Shown: positions 36,619-50,370, counted from the stretch's first letter. The stretch: 64,000 bases of DNA from Rhina ancylostomus (GCA_030265395.1 JARFYF010000063.1:89112410-89176409), one strand, 5' to 3'. The notes: generated from the sequence alone by a model not told the origin. Numbers and translations: made by a program.

Positions 36619-39600
36619 GGGAATAATGCGGCCAGGGCTCCGAGCAGGCCTGGAGATTTCACACTGTGAAACATTGTTAAAGGTTTCCTCTCCCTTGGTC
36701 GTGTTTCAGCTGCGCCTGAGGTTTGCTTTCCAGCAAGCAACCTTGACAAACGAGTATAAATATATATACATATATAAAATCTCTGCACATCGGCATAAAG
36801 TTTCATCCAGTTTAGATGTCCAGTGGTATCGGACACGGCTGGCGTGTGTCGCCTTTATGGACAAGCCTAACAGTTTTCCGTTTAATATGGAAGCGGGATT
36901 TAAACAAACTTTTGGTCGTTTTGGTTAACGTGGTACACTGGTTTTTATTTGGTAGATTTTTGAATGGCTGAGCTCCGCTTTGTATTTGTTTGAGGGGGGG
37001 TTTCATGGATGGGTTGGGGGTGGGGGGTTGAAACGTCTGTTTAAACAGAGGACTCCCTTGTCCACTCCCTGTGTCATCCAGAGGTCAACCTGGGTTACAA
37101 GACAGCAACATTTCTACTGCTCCGGTCCGAAATGCTTTCAGGAATCCGGGAGCGACTTTCCCAAGAAATTCCCTGTCCGGGAAGTATCTCCAAGGCTGGT
37201 GGTAACTCAACGTTCAGCCCCGCCGCTCTTTGGTTGGTCCCAACACCATTTGCAAAATAAAACAAAAATGTCATAATCCGGGAATAAAAACAACTTTAAA
37301 CCAAAAAAAATTAAGACAAACTGGAAGTTAACAACTGGCAAATGATCCGTGTCCCCAAGCTGTGAGTCGCTGGAGAGTCAAGATATCGATTAATTTACTC
37401 TTATAAAATCGCATTGCGATTGTAATGAACACAGCTTTGACGGGACATTGTTGATTGTATGTTCATAAACATAGCTGTACCATTATTGAATTCTGGCCTC
37501 ATTCTTAAAAGGCCAACAAAAGTCAAAATAGTTCGTGGAAAATCAGCAGTACAGATGTCTTTTGCTACAATAAACTGTTTTGGCAACCACATCAATTAAT
37601 AGTATTTCCAGCACAGATATATACGTCAAAATATAACAAAAATCTTTACAAAACCCCTCAACGTGGAAGTTATCATCATCTATATATAAGAATATTTTAA
37701 CCTGCAATATGTTAAGATTTACAAACGCCCCAGTGAGTGTTGTGTTTTACACTGTGGGGAACATTCCTTCAGGCAACGCAGTGTTAATGATTCCTGACTG
37801 TTTTCAGCAATATAACAAGCAAATGGTTTTCCTCTTTTTTTCTTCTAGATGTTTTACTTTGCGCTTCACATTAACTGGGGATAAGTTGAGGTCTCGCTCA
37901 CATTCCTGATGATGGAGTAAAGTGTACACAACGTAATACTTTTTACTTTTATTTCGCTTAAGCTGAAGGGTTTAGGAATAACCAAGGCGGAAGTCAATTC
38001 TATAGAAGGGTTTGTAAAACAAAAGAAATATTGGTTAAAATTGCAATCAACAAAGTTGACGGATTGCCATAAAGCGTCCGATCTCGGGTCTGGCACGGTG
38101 GAGATCGATCCTTATCGCTTCCCGCATCCTCTCTGAGGCTGAATCTCTTGCGCCGTCTGCAGGGCATCGGCACAACGCCGCCAACACCGAACAGTTCCAA
38201 CACGCCGTCGGTAGGTTCCAAAAAAAACGAGTGAGAGCCGGCCATCGGATTCAACATCATGCCCATTCCTTGTACTTGTTGAGTTTAATAACGTTGACTG
38301 CGTTTAAACCCCACAAGCTCTTATTTACCGAATCTCATCTGAACTATGAACTTTACAATGATTTTTTTTAACGAGCTTAAACTGTACGGCCTGTTCCCCA
38401 TTTCTGACTGATTTCGATAATAAAAGCATTAAAGCACATTGATGAGGGCGTCCTGGTGGGGTTGGAGATTTGTAACCTGTCACTTTTTAACTTTCTAGCA
38501 CTGTCACGCGGTTACTTTTCAATTCCAGTCGCGGCACTGAGCTGTTCACTGTGAAACGCTTAAAGCTGTGATACTCTATATGTTTAAAAGCAAATATACG
38601 CGAAACCTGAGCAACCACATTCAAATGAAGAGCCAGGATGATTTTTTTTGTAACAATTCGAATCCAGACTGTGGTTTTTGGAAATTCAAAGCGACAGAAA
38701 TTCAAAGCGACGAATATCTGTATCGAATCACTAGCTGTCTAGTTTCCATTTAATTTGCTTTGCGCTTATTATTTGTTAGAACAAACTCTTTTCACCAATC
38801 GATAGTAATGCGATTTGGCATTAAATTTATAATACGACTTCAGTTCTTGCATTTGTAATTTATATGTATCAACGCGTGTAATCAATAGATATAAGTATAA
38901 CATTGATTAATTGTGGTTACTTGTTTCACTTCCGCCGCTGTAAATATTGGCCCAAACATAACAAATAAATGATCCGCCGGAAGCCCATGTTTTTTCTCTG
39001 CACTGACTTTCTCTGCTTTCACGTCTTATACAGGTGTCAGTGCTAGAGATTCATTGTAAATGGCGCATTAATGCAAATCTTTCACATTAATTAATTGGCG
39101 CTTTTCTGAAGTATTATAGATCAAAGGATAATTACGGGCAGCGATTTTAATGATTTATGTCACTTTGGAAGTATCAGTTTGCGTTGCTCAAATAAGTTCG
39201 TAAGCACACTATTGTAAAACACGTTAACGTCCTTTTTTCTGTCTGAATGTTCAAAAAATAATAATCATCAATAAAGTTTTAGATGTCCAGATATTGCCTC
39301 CCTGGTTCTTGACATTGTGTGTTACACTTACTGATATTTGTAAAACTCAGTGCCTGTTCCCGCGCGTATATAAATATCACAAACGCATAATTCATTTAAA
39401 TACATGTATAATGCATAATGCTCTAGTTATTCAAAGAAAACAGATTTCGGTTCTTAAAGGACGTTTGCATAAGGTCAATACATTCATTTTAAAATTCATC
39501 TGCACTATATTGTGTTTGGAGACTGCATCTGCAGACTTCCTGCCATCCCGCAGTTGCTTCTGAACAGAGCAGTGCAGGCCTAGACAACCCCCTGACTGCA

Positions 39601-41259
39601 TTTAGTCATGGATTTTTGACGTTCCGTCGAGATATTGCAGTCGAATGTTGGTTAAGCATTCAAAAGCTGTTTGGATTGTACAGTCTGGGAACAGTAACAA
39701 TCTCCCCAACAGAGACAGTAAAAGAAGACGCTACAATACCTGACATTGAATCTTGCTCATTACAGAGGCGGGATGTTTAACGCACAGCAAAATGTTTTCC
39801 ACCGAAGATTAACAATCTTATCCAACATTTGTAAACTTTTATAGACACGGCAATACCCTTCTACAATAATTATTTTTGCATGTGAATGAACTAGGGGCAG
39901 GATCTATTTCAGTAACTGAATCTAATCACCCCATCTCTTCGCATTTGTCCGAGCTTCTAGCGTGAGTTTTTCTATATGAGTTTATTACTGTGAAATGCAG
40001 TCGAGAACAATACTCAGTAAGGTTTTATTAGGGAGACAATACCAACAGCAGAAATATTTTACATGAACCTAAACACTGTTTTGTTCTTTTATTTGGATGA
40101 ATTTTGGTGTTCAGAAGAGGCTTTAATAATAAATTCATGTCATTGATTAAAATATAAACCGTTGAGATAGATTTGTTTAATTCCTTTAATTGCTGGGTGA
40201 AAAGAAAATTCGTGCCCTGGAATATCAAAGGCAGTTAAATGCTTTAATAATATCTTTATAGTATTTTAAACGTGATTTTGATATTCGGGGCATGTTTAAC
40301 TCTTTCAGAGCTGGCACTGAGTCTAATTTATGTCAAGTTGTGAAATTTTACAGAATAAAACTTGACTGCCTAAGATATACAGAACACAATCACATAAACG
40401 ACCCACTATAAGTGAGTTAACATATATGTTTACGTCCAGTTAAAATAATTTATTTTAATAAATACAAAATTATAATTTTTGCAAATGAACAATCTATTTA
40501 CATATCTAATTGCACTGATTTACAGATTCAGTATTTGCTTTTTGAATCGACTTCCCCAAATAGATTATATATTCCTTCCTGCATTAAATAAAATCAATAA
40601 AACTATTACCACTTAATTTAAACGGGATACTGATGTAGTGTGATAAAATATCCAGGTTGAGGTCATCAAACCCATTTGTAAACTAATATATATTTGTCAC
40701 ACATCTACATTCAACATACCTACTTATGTCCCCAGAACGCTTCAATCATGTATCAGGATAGATTAAGGTACATATATTCAATAGACTTAAGCCTGAAAAT
40801 CTGCAGTTCAATCTTTGATATGCGGGTTGTGCTTTCAATCGACAAACATATTTCATAGATAGCATTCATGTTTGTAAGAATGAAATGTAATGTCCATTTC
40901 AGTTTCAAAGTTCATTCTTTTTATTGTGTAAGAAAAAGGAACTAGAGCTTTCACATATAGTTCAAATATTTTTCCTTCAAGTAAAAGTGCTCAGTAGATT
41001 ATTTGTTATCATTAGTAGTATTGAACACAATCCTTGCAGGACACTACCTTTAAAATAATACTTGCAAAATACTAAATAAAATGCATTTATCACTCTCCCC
41101 AGCTAACGCCAAACTGTACAGTACTGAAAACTGCTACAGAGGCACCCCATGGATTATTTTGTTTTGCTGTTTGTTTGTGATTCTTTTTCTAAATGCTTAA
41201 TTAGTGATCTTAAAAACATCAATAACATAATATTTATCCATCATACTTCAGTTTATTTT

Positions 41260-41700
41260 AACTCATCCCAGGGATGTAAGTGTCACCGGCAAGACCAGCA
41301 TTTATTACCCATCCTTAATTGCCTTTCAGAAGGTAGCAGTGAGCTGCTTTATGAATCAGTGCAGTGCTTTAGGATAAGGTACTCCCACAATGTGCAGCGA
41401 CTTTGCTACAGCAGAGTGACCATTTCACGAGCAATTAAAAATCAGCCCACATTTCCATGAATCTGGAGTCACATTCAGGCCAGGTGGGATAAGAATGACA
41501 TCAGTGAACCAATGAAGGTTTTACACCAATTCAGTAATTTAAGGGTCATTATTACCAATCCCAGCTTTTTGTTTCAGTTTTATTTAATTGTTTAACTAAA
41601 GTTAAATTCTCCATCTGCTGTGGTGGGTTTTGAACACAAGTTCCCAGATCATTAATCCAGTGTTTAGGAGTAGTAATATAGCTGTTCTGCTACCTTATCG
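41260..41700 (-). mobile_element. tRNA-head SINE with a CR1-type tail
   Basis: ccagcatttattacccatccttaattgcc ... gtggtgggttttgaacac is the reverse of the 4105 family. Confidence 0.65.
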
Positions 41701-42184
41701 CAAAAATAAGAATAATCCTTTAGAAATAGATTTTGGGTCATGAAACTATTGGCTAGAATTTTTCCATGTATGTGTATAGAAAATATAATCCATTAATTTA
41801 TTCCAAGGGAATAAATATCAGGTTATTGGATACATGGAAAAAACCAGTCTAAAACTCTGATTTCAATTCCAATGTCTATCATGTGAAATATTAGCCTTTC
41901 ATTCTGTTTAAGTAGATGTGATGGGATAGGAATGAAAGTGTCATTGTGATAAATTTTCCTGTAACATTTCTTTCTGATGTGATAATACAGATTGGATACA
42001 TATGATCAACAATGAAGTATCAGAGGTTCTTGCACAAGTGCAATATTAAGCATTCTTATTGAAAAGGAAATTTTAAAGGAAATTTAAGACATTTAAAATG
42101 GCAATCCCAGATACAAATAAAAGTTAGTATTACACACAATTATATTCCAATAAATAAAGTTAATAAAGAGAGAATGTCTCACAC

Positions 42185-42549
42185 GGGACATTCTCTCTTC
42201 TCCCCTCTCCCATTGGGCAGAATATACAAAAGCCTGAAAGCACGTACCACCAGGCTCAAGGACAGCTTCTATCCTGCTGTTATAAGACAATTGAATGGTT
42301 CCCTAGTACGATAAGATGGACTCTTGACCTCACAATCTACCTCGTTATGATCTTGCACCTTATTGTCTGCCTGCGCTGCACTTCCTCTGTAGCTGTGACA
42401 CTTTACTCTGCATTCTGTTATTGTTTTCCCTTGTACTACCTCAATGCACTTTTGTATTGAACTGATCTGTATGAACGGTATACAAGACAAGTTTTTCACT
42501 GTACCTTGGTAAATGTGACAATAATAAACCAATTCCAATTCCAATTCCA
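42185..42549 (+). mobile_element. Rex1/Babar-like LINE 3' end
   Basis: Reads HSLFSPLPLGRIYKSLKARTTRLKDSFYPAVIRQLN, with tail aataaac(caattc)n. Confidence 0.8.
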
Positions 42550-42609
42550 TCACACTCCCGACTTCGCCTTGTAGATGGTGGACGGGCTTTGGGGAGTTTT
42601 ATGTTATTC

Positions 42610-42925
42610 CTTATAATGATCCTTTTACCCTCACCGAGACATCTAATACTTTCTCCTTTTTAATAATAACATGTTCACCGCTCCCTCCCCCTCTGAATTC
42701 AGCAACGACAAAGTCCTTCTCCTCGATGAATACAGATGAGAAGTATTGATGTAAAACTGTGTCCCCATGCGCTGGCTCAACGCTTAGATTGTTGTTTTTG
42801 TTCTGATTGGGCCCAACTCTTTCCCTGCTTACCCTGTTGTCATTAATATATTTATAAAATGACCCCTCTTTGCCTCCTAATTTCTTTGTTAACTTCCCGC
42901 AGCATTTTCTACACTCCTGAAGGGC
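42610..42925 (-). mobile_element. CR1 ORF2 internal fragment
   Basis: ORF 42611..42940 reads SFYKYI..NRVSRERVGP...NL.VEP...VL.QYFSSVF.EE. Confidence 0.8.
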
Positions 42926-42974
42926 CTGCCCCGTTTCCACACTCTCTATCCCTGCTGATTACTTCCTTTATCTC

Positions 42975-43258
42975 GCCTCAAGAAGGCAACATCCATCTCC
43001 ACCATCCGGGCCGTGCCATCTTCTCGCAGCTCCCATCGGGCAGGAGGTACAGAAGCCTGAAGTCCCACACCNNNNNNNNNNNNNNNNNNNNNNNNNNNNN
43101 NNNNNNNNNNNNNNNNNNNNNNNNNNNNNNNNNNNNNNNNNNNNNNNNNNNNNNNNNNNNNNNNNNNNNNNATGAATTGATCTGTATGAACAGTATGCAA
43201 GACAAGTTTTTCACTGTACCTCAGTACAAGTGGCAATAATAAACCAATTCCAATTCCA
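42975..43258 (+). mobile_element. Rex1/Babar-like LINE 3' end (with gap)
   Basis: Reads HHPGRAIFSQLPSGRRYRSLKSHT, with the same caattc tail. Confidence 0.8.
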
Positions 43259-44460
43259 TTCAGCCCATCAGGTCTATGTCAGTCCTTGACAGGGCGGTCC
43301 CATCTGTCCCATTTTTTAATTTTCCCTGTAACCCTGCAACTTATTCTCCTTCATGTGCCCAACAATTCCCCTTTAAAATACAATTTCAGCATAATGGATC
43401 GCAAGATATAATATCAAGGATCTAAAAGAATCATTGAGGCAGAGATTATATAATAGTAAGCCTGAGGTTCATCATTCATGAAAATCAAATAACTCAAGAG
43501 TGAACCTTCCATCAGTTTTACGATTTATAACTTGGGGTGGACATTTAAGTTTTATCACTAATTGTGTGAGTATTGCTAATCTGAGCTGAGAGCCAAGATG
43601 TGGCAGAAATGTTTGGTGAAGAATCTGCATACAGGTGTCAGTAACTGTTTCTCTGCTAATAAATAGTTATTGCAACTATTTCCCTGTTGCCAGAAACAAT
43701 GCAGATAAAAGGTTAGGCAGAAATGGGAGAAAAGATGAATACTTCTGAATTATCAGTTTATTTAACAACCTCATTGAATTCATAATAGCTCACAATATAA
43801 TATGAACACAGGAATTCAGAAGACATGAAAAAACATTATAGCAGTGTTACCACGGAACAGCCCACAAGTGTTAATGGAAGATTCTTATATGCAGTGTACA
43901 TTAGACAGTACCTACATCTACATCTACCTTGTCTATTTTTAGGATGGGAAGGAATTATAAAATCACCCTTTCTTTTGATGCACAATGATGATTAAAATCA
44001 TAAGCAAACATTATAATTGGGTAGGATGGTAGTCCAATGCAACCAAAGAAAAACATTTGATACTACACAGCGCTGAACACTGTGTTTTGCCCTGAAGTTT
44101 AAGTCACAACAATACCATAGGTGCCTCAGAGAGTCAGAGGCTAAGCACTCTGACACAAAGGGTTCACCTCCTGATCCTTCAAAGTTTGTCCATTTTCCAG
44201 AATGCTCAGGTCAGGGAATGTCAAGAAATGCTACCCTTCACATTAGTACTAGGGAAAAGTGGGTGGGGAAGGAGTTTGGAGTTGATGGGAGAGGAGCAGG
44301 ATCAGCCAAAGCATTCAAGAAGCCTGGCATCATTGAGAGAGAGGTGATTAGCACCCCTAACTCTGGACTTTTAACATGTACCACTAGTTAGTCAAGTGAG
44401 CATTGGAATAATCAAGCATCATGATTACAAAATCATATGCACTGCAGAATCAAATCAAGG

Positions 44461-44642
44461 TTACTTCAAAAACATCATCTGCAATTTCCACCTTCAAAGA
44501 GGACAATGCCTGCCAAGCCGTGGGAATAGTAGATCCCCTTTGAGCACACACATTTGAATCTGTCACTGTTCTTTGTATGAAGGGGCAGAATCCTGGAAAT
44601 TCCTATTTACCACTCCAATGACTTGCACCTACATAGCATCCT
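44461..44642 (+). repeat. Copy A of a ~182-bp local direct repeat (copy B at 46311-46492)
   Basis: ttacttcaaaaacatcatctg...acctacatagcatcct is present twice, with few substitutions. Confidence 0.9.
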
Positions 44643-44689
44643 TTAAGCAATAAGTGAGTCTGAGTCATTTCAGTGTAATCATTAAATAT

Positions 44690-45400
44690 TGTTCTCAAGA
44701 CAATGAAGGAAACATTGGGACAGGTTGATCAAAGTAATGGGCCTTCAGAAGGGGGTCTTTATGGATGAGATGGGCAGAGGTGGAAAGAGAGTTCCGAGCT
44801 TAAGGCATAGGCAGTTGAGGGCACAATTGCCAATATTGGATTGAACGAAGTAGGAATTGGATAAGAGTCTGGAGATCACAGAAGGCAATGGAGCTGGAAT
44901 TGGTTCATTAGATAAGAAGGGCCAGAGTCGAGGGAGGATTTGAACACATAGGTCTGAATTAGGAAAAACAGTCACTCTAAGTCACTAAGCACTAGGGCAA
45001 ATAAAACTGAGTGTAGGTTAGGGTATGGGCGGAAGACGTTTGGATGAATTTTAGTTAGTGGAAGATGGAAAATATGAGGTTGCCAAGTAATCATTGGAAT
45101 AATCAAGCTTCATGATAACAAAATCACTGATGAGGTTTTAAGCAGCAGATCAGCTAAGGCAGAGTTGGAAGAGTTATTTTCCTGGTGATTTCTCACCTNN
45201 NNNNNNNNGTCATTTAGAATGCCAAGGTTGTGAACAGTCTTGTTCAGAGAAGAATGTGGGGTGCCTAATCTGTGACTAAGAAATGGAATTTGAAGCGGGA
45301 TCTAAAGTCAACAGTTTCCAATTCTATAATTGGATATCAGACAAGCAGTACGACAACACAAAGAGAATGGAGATAGGGCTGGGTTTCATCAGCACATCTA
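44690..45400 (-). mobile_element. Decayed L2 LINE fragment
   Basis: Purine-rich gagagttccgagcttaaggcataggcagttgagg pattern, shared with 53565-53790 and reverse of 52310-52686. Confidence 0.55.
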
Positions 45401-45609
45401 ATACTAACATGGGAGTATCAATGCAAGAAAGACCTACCAATTCCTCAGAAGGCATTTAGGGTGGTGAATAGATTGGGCCTTTTCATTACCTTATTCTGGA
45501 AATAAAATGAGTAAAACTTATTGCACTGAATTGATGGTCTCTACAAACAACCAAGGCGTCTGGCCTGTGCTGGACAAAATCCATCTCAGTCCTTCACCTT
45601 AGAGCAAGG

Positions 45610-46180
45610 AAACATTGAAGAGATTTGAAGAAGCTGGGATTGTTCCCTTTGGAGAAAAGATGATTGAAAGGAGATTTGATGAGGGTTTTCAAGATCTTGA
45701 AGGCTTTAGACAGGGTAAACAAAGAAAAACTCTTCCCCTTAGTAAGTGATTCATGGATGAGCAGATGCAGGTTTAAAGTAATGTTAAACGATACATTGGT
45801 GCAGGTGGGGGGTGGAGGGGGTGGTTAGAAGCATATGACAAAAATGTTTTTATTTTACATATAAAGTAATGATGAACTGGAACTCACTTGCTGCATGATG
45901 TTGGAAATAAAGTTATTCAGGTTTTCCAGAAGGAAATTGAATAAGGTTGAAACTGTTTTTCACACTGAGGGTGGTGGGTGTATGGAATGAGCTGCCAAAG
46001 GAGGTGGTAGAGACAGGTACAATTACAACATTTAAAAGACATTTGGACAGGTACACAGATAGGAAAAGTTTAGAGGGATATGGGCCAAATTAAGGTAAAT
46101 GGGAATAAGATAGACAATGGTTGGCACGGACATTGTCAAAGGGCCTGTTTCTGTGCTGTGTAACTATGATTCTATGACTC
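45610..46180 (+). mobile_element. Two nested or adjacent CR1 3' fragments
   Basis: LGLF.LEKR.LKGDL..VFKIL remnant, then FFT.RVVGVWNELPKEVVETGTITTFKRHLDRY and the tail. Confidence 0.8.
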
Positions 46181-46310
46181 ATTTACCTTCTTAACTCTAT
46201 CAGAAGGTAAATGAGTCATAGAATCATGGAGTTATACAGCACATATATGCAGTATAACTCTATACAGCATATACTGTATGTTTGCTGTATAGAGTTATTT
46301 ATAGCATATA

Positions 46311-46492
46311 TTACTTCAAAAACATCATCTGAAACCTCCACCTTCAAAAAGGACAATGTCTGCCAAGCCGTGGGAATAGGCAATCCCCCTTGAGCACCCA
46401 CATTTGAATCTGTCACTGTTCTTTGTATGAAGGGACAGTATCCTGGAAATTCCTATTTACCACTCCAATGACTTGCACCTACATAGCATCCT
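46311..46492 (+). repeat. Copy B of the ~182-bp local direct repeat
   Basis: See 44461-44642. Confidence 0.9.
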
Positions 46493-48847
46493 ATGTTGTA
46501 GAGGTTCAGGTGATGAGACTAAACAGGATCAATCTCAAAGAGCTGGCATGGACTCAATCAGCAGAATGGTCCCTTCTATGCCATAGTTCTTATATGATTC
46601 AAAATGAAGGACAGAAGCCTCAACTGTTTATTTCTCTCCATAGATGCTGCATGACCTGCTGAGTTCCTCCAGCACTTTTTGTGTGTGTTGCTCTTGTGAT
46701 TTTCTCTGCTGTGTTTGTGCTAATGACTTCTGTGCAATGAAAGCAAACACGGGCACATAAAAAACTCTTATTTGCCGCTGATCATGATTTAGGTGGAAAC
46801 TGTTGCTCAGACCAATAATCCGTCCTTTTCCATTTACCTAATGTTACACCCTCCATCATGAAGTCTGTATTTTTGAAAAAGAAAGGACAAATTATTTGAC
46901 TTTAAAGTAACCAGCACTTTGATAAAGCACAGTTGTCAGTTAAAAGACATAAACACAAGTTCCAAAGTTACCAAAGAGGAAGAACAAAATTCAAGGCTTT
47001 TGCCAATGTTCAGTGAATCTGGATCTGTATTATTGTTTTGAAAAGTAATATTTAAATGTAACTTAATTATTATCATATATATTAACCAGTAAACAACTTT
47101 CTGCTTTTTAAGCAATTAGTTAGAGTGTTGTCCTGCCAGGTGCAAAAACAAAAGCACCACATACACCCATGGTGATCACATGAACAGACCACATGACTGA
47201 AATTGCAATGATATTGAAAAAAAACTTGGATTTCTATCACAGCTTTCACTACTCCAGGATGTTCAAGGGGTTTTACAACTGATTAATATATTTGAAGTGG
47301 TAACATAGGCAATATCTTACTATTCCCTATTGTAATATATGTTATGACACAGGCTGCAGTGATATAAACATCTATTCATTGACATTCACATGAACTATAA
47401 TTTACATTTGCTATCAGTAGCTATTAGTCCACTGAACTGAAAAGAAGCACAGCCACACCCATTTTGCAAATCCATTTTAATAAAGCTATTGTTTCATAGG
47501 CAGGGTGGAGTGCACTTGCTAAGACTTCTCCAAAGGAACTTGTTACATATTAAAGATTTTTGGTTTTACCTGTAATATCCTCTTAAAGATGTTTGTGTGA
47601 TAACTTGTAAAGATAAAGTGAAATGTGCAGAGTTAATTCTTGATAATAAGCATCCATACAGAAGAACAAAGGGCAAATCGACTCTTAAGTCAAAATCCAT
47701 CTGATTTTCATTTTTTCCACAACTATATTAACGTTCAGTGTCCATTCTCACATCCCTGCCCAAAGATCTGAGAAATTTATCTAGTTCAGTTGTAGCTGAG
47801 AATTCATGGCTTTGCTGGTGCTTTGAAGCACTATTTTATATGGAAATCAAGAAGTATGGGGCATTACCAATCCTCAAACGGAATAACAACACAACAGAAG
47901 AGAGAAATAAAGAGGGCATTTGTCACGGAAGCTATTATTCAGGTGTGTTAATGGAATTAGAGAAGTGTGAAAAATCCACGGATTAGTGCGATTCCATCTC
48001 GAAGGTACCTGCAGCATCTGTTGACTGCAGCACTTGAATGTCGCTGAGAGGTGAAAAGTGAACACAGCCCCATTGTGATGCGCCGGGACTGGAGCTGCTG
48101 GGAAGCAGCAGAGAGTGTCACATGCAGACCAGTTGTGAAGTGCAGGGGCAAGTCTCACACCTCAGCATGAGCCTGTTAATTGATCATCACCTGAGAAGCA
48201 GAGAGAGTGGGAGAAAGGGGCATGTGTGTAGGTGCGAAGAAATGTATTTCCAACTGAGATGAGACAAAGGGGAAGCATGTAACAGTACCAGCCACATTGT
48301 ACTTCCTGTTTTACAATTAGTCAGAATTACCCATAAACAGGTATGCTTAAAAGAAACAGAATTTTCATTGTATCTCCCCACCCCATTGCCTTGCTCTTGA
48401 TTATTGACCCATTTTTTGAAATTTAAAGGATACAACCTTTAGCAAAAAGTAATACCAGGTTATTTATCCTTTTTTTTGACTCAGGTACCACTTGAACCTA
48501 GTTTCTCTCTCCTGTGATCCAACACAAAGACTTCTCCCAAAAGCCAAAACAAAACTGCAGATGTTGTAAATCTGAAATAAAAACAGAAAAAATGCCCTTA
48601 GTACTCAGTTATGGTGAAAGATCATTGATCAGAAATGGTAACTCTGTTTCTTTCTCCACAGAGGATGCCTGACCTTTTGAGTATTTCAAGCATTTTCTGT
48701 TTTCATCTTTTATTTCCATCTGTCTTGATTTATTTGTTGCTGGTTCCTTAATCCCCGCTTTTGTTGACTGTGGAAGTAACTATATCAGTGGTCTCCTGGC
48801 TAGCCTGCCATCATCCACATGCCATAAACACAAGCTTCCCCAGAATG

Positions 48848-48985
48848 ATAGACACATGAATGATAGAAAAATAGGGGTCTATGTGGGAGGGAAGGGTTTG
48901 ATAGATCTTAGAGCAGGATAAAATGTCAGCACAACATTGTGGGCCAAAGGGCCTGTACTGTGCTGTAGTGTTCTGTGTTCTATGA
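48848..48985 (+). mobile_element. CR1 3' UTR end
   Basis: Same family as 1-92. Confidence 0.8.
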
Positions 48986-49539
48986 TATACAGGTCTTGAT
49001 GATTTACTCATTTCTTGTGTTTCAGGGCCCCAGTGGGATTAAGCAGCCATGGTACATGCCAGTTTCACATTTTCCAGGCTTTCGAAGGATTGAGTTTCAG
49101 CGAGTGCCTTGTCTGCCTCTCCATAAGAAGTTAGTCAGGCCAGAAGCAGCTAGCACATCATAGAAATTGGCCAGTTCTTTTATGACAGAATTTGCATCCC
49201 TTTATGCCTTGGTTCCCCTGTTCCCCCTTACTCGTCACCAGTAGGTATTGCATGCAACAGCTTTATGATTTCCTCCGCAGCTGCAAGGTTGCAGTATTTT
49301 GACACCAGCAGATTGCCAAAGCCCATTTCTCAAAGCAGTTTGTGCTTCCCAGATGCCATACTGGGTGGACACATAGTTGTCCAGCAGAGATTCCACCCAT
49401 TCAGCACCCAGCCAATATCTCTCCACCTCTCCAAATTACCTCATGCTTTAAAGGGAGAGAATAGCTGTTGCATTTAGGGGTTTTTCCCCAGTATGTCTCT
49501 AGCCAAGGTGCTCCAGTACAATCCTAACATCTACCCAAA

Positions 49540-50370
49540 AGTTGTCCAGGTTATGCCCTGTCCTCAAAGAGCAGAACAAATGCATTCAAGTGTATTACCA
49601 GCCAATCAGTGGATTCACAGTCATCAAAAATGTGATGAAAGGTGTTCTCAATAATGCTGTCAAGCAGCACTTATTCCCCAGTAATCTAATAGCCAGCTTG
49701 GTTTTGACAGGACCTCTTGGTTCCTGACCTCATCAATAGCCAGCTGGGTTTTGACAGGACCTCTTGGCTCCTGACCTCATCACACTGGTACAATGTGCAA
49801 ATTTCCAATGGTGTGAGTAACTGCCCTTAATATTAAGGCAGCATTTGATGTAGTGCGCCATCAAGGAGCCCTGGTAAAACTGAAGTCAATGGCCGTCAAG
49901 GGGAAATCACTCCAATAACTGGAGTCATACCTCACACAGAGGAAGATGGTTGTGGTGGTTGGAGGTCAATCATCCTTGCCCCAAAGCATGGTTGCAGGAG
50001 TTCCTCAGGCCCAACCATCTTTAGCTCCTTCCCATGGAAGACAGAAGTGGAGATACTCACAGATGATTGCATAATTTCCAATTCCATTCACAACTTCATA
50101 ACAAATAAAGCAGCCCTTCACTGCATGCAGCAACACCAAGACAATAATCAGGCATAGACTGATAAGTGGCAAGTAATATTTGTGCCACAAACATGCCATC
50201 ATCTGTGATTGTGATCATCACTGGCAACTGAAGCTCTAACCACTTCCACGTGACAATCAATAGCATGACGGTCGCAAAGTCCCCTACCGTCAACATTTTT
50301 GGGGTCACTATTTATTAGAAACTCAGCTGGACAAGCCACATAAAGCCTATGGCTACAGGAGCAGGTCTGT
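49540..50370 (+). mobile_element. CR1-type LINE reverse-transcriptase fossil
   Basis: Motifs YQPIS...KNVMKGV.N.AVKQHL, VTALNIKAAFD.V.HQGALVKL.SM and LESYLTQRKMVVVVGGQSS...AGVPQ, with frameshifts. Confidence 0.85.
49688..49781 (+). repeat. Tandem duplication, 2 x 47 bp, inside the LINE fossil
   Basis: aatagccagct(t/g)ggttttgacaggacctcttgg(t/c)tcctgacctcatc occurs twice. Confidence 0.95.
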
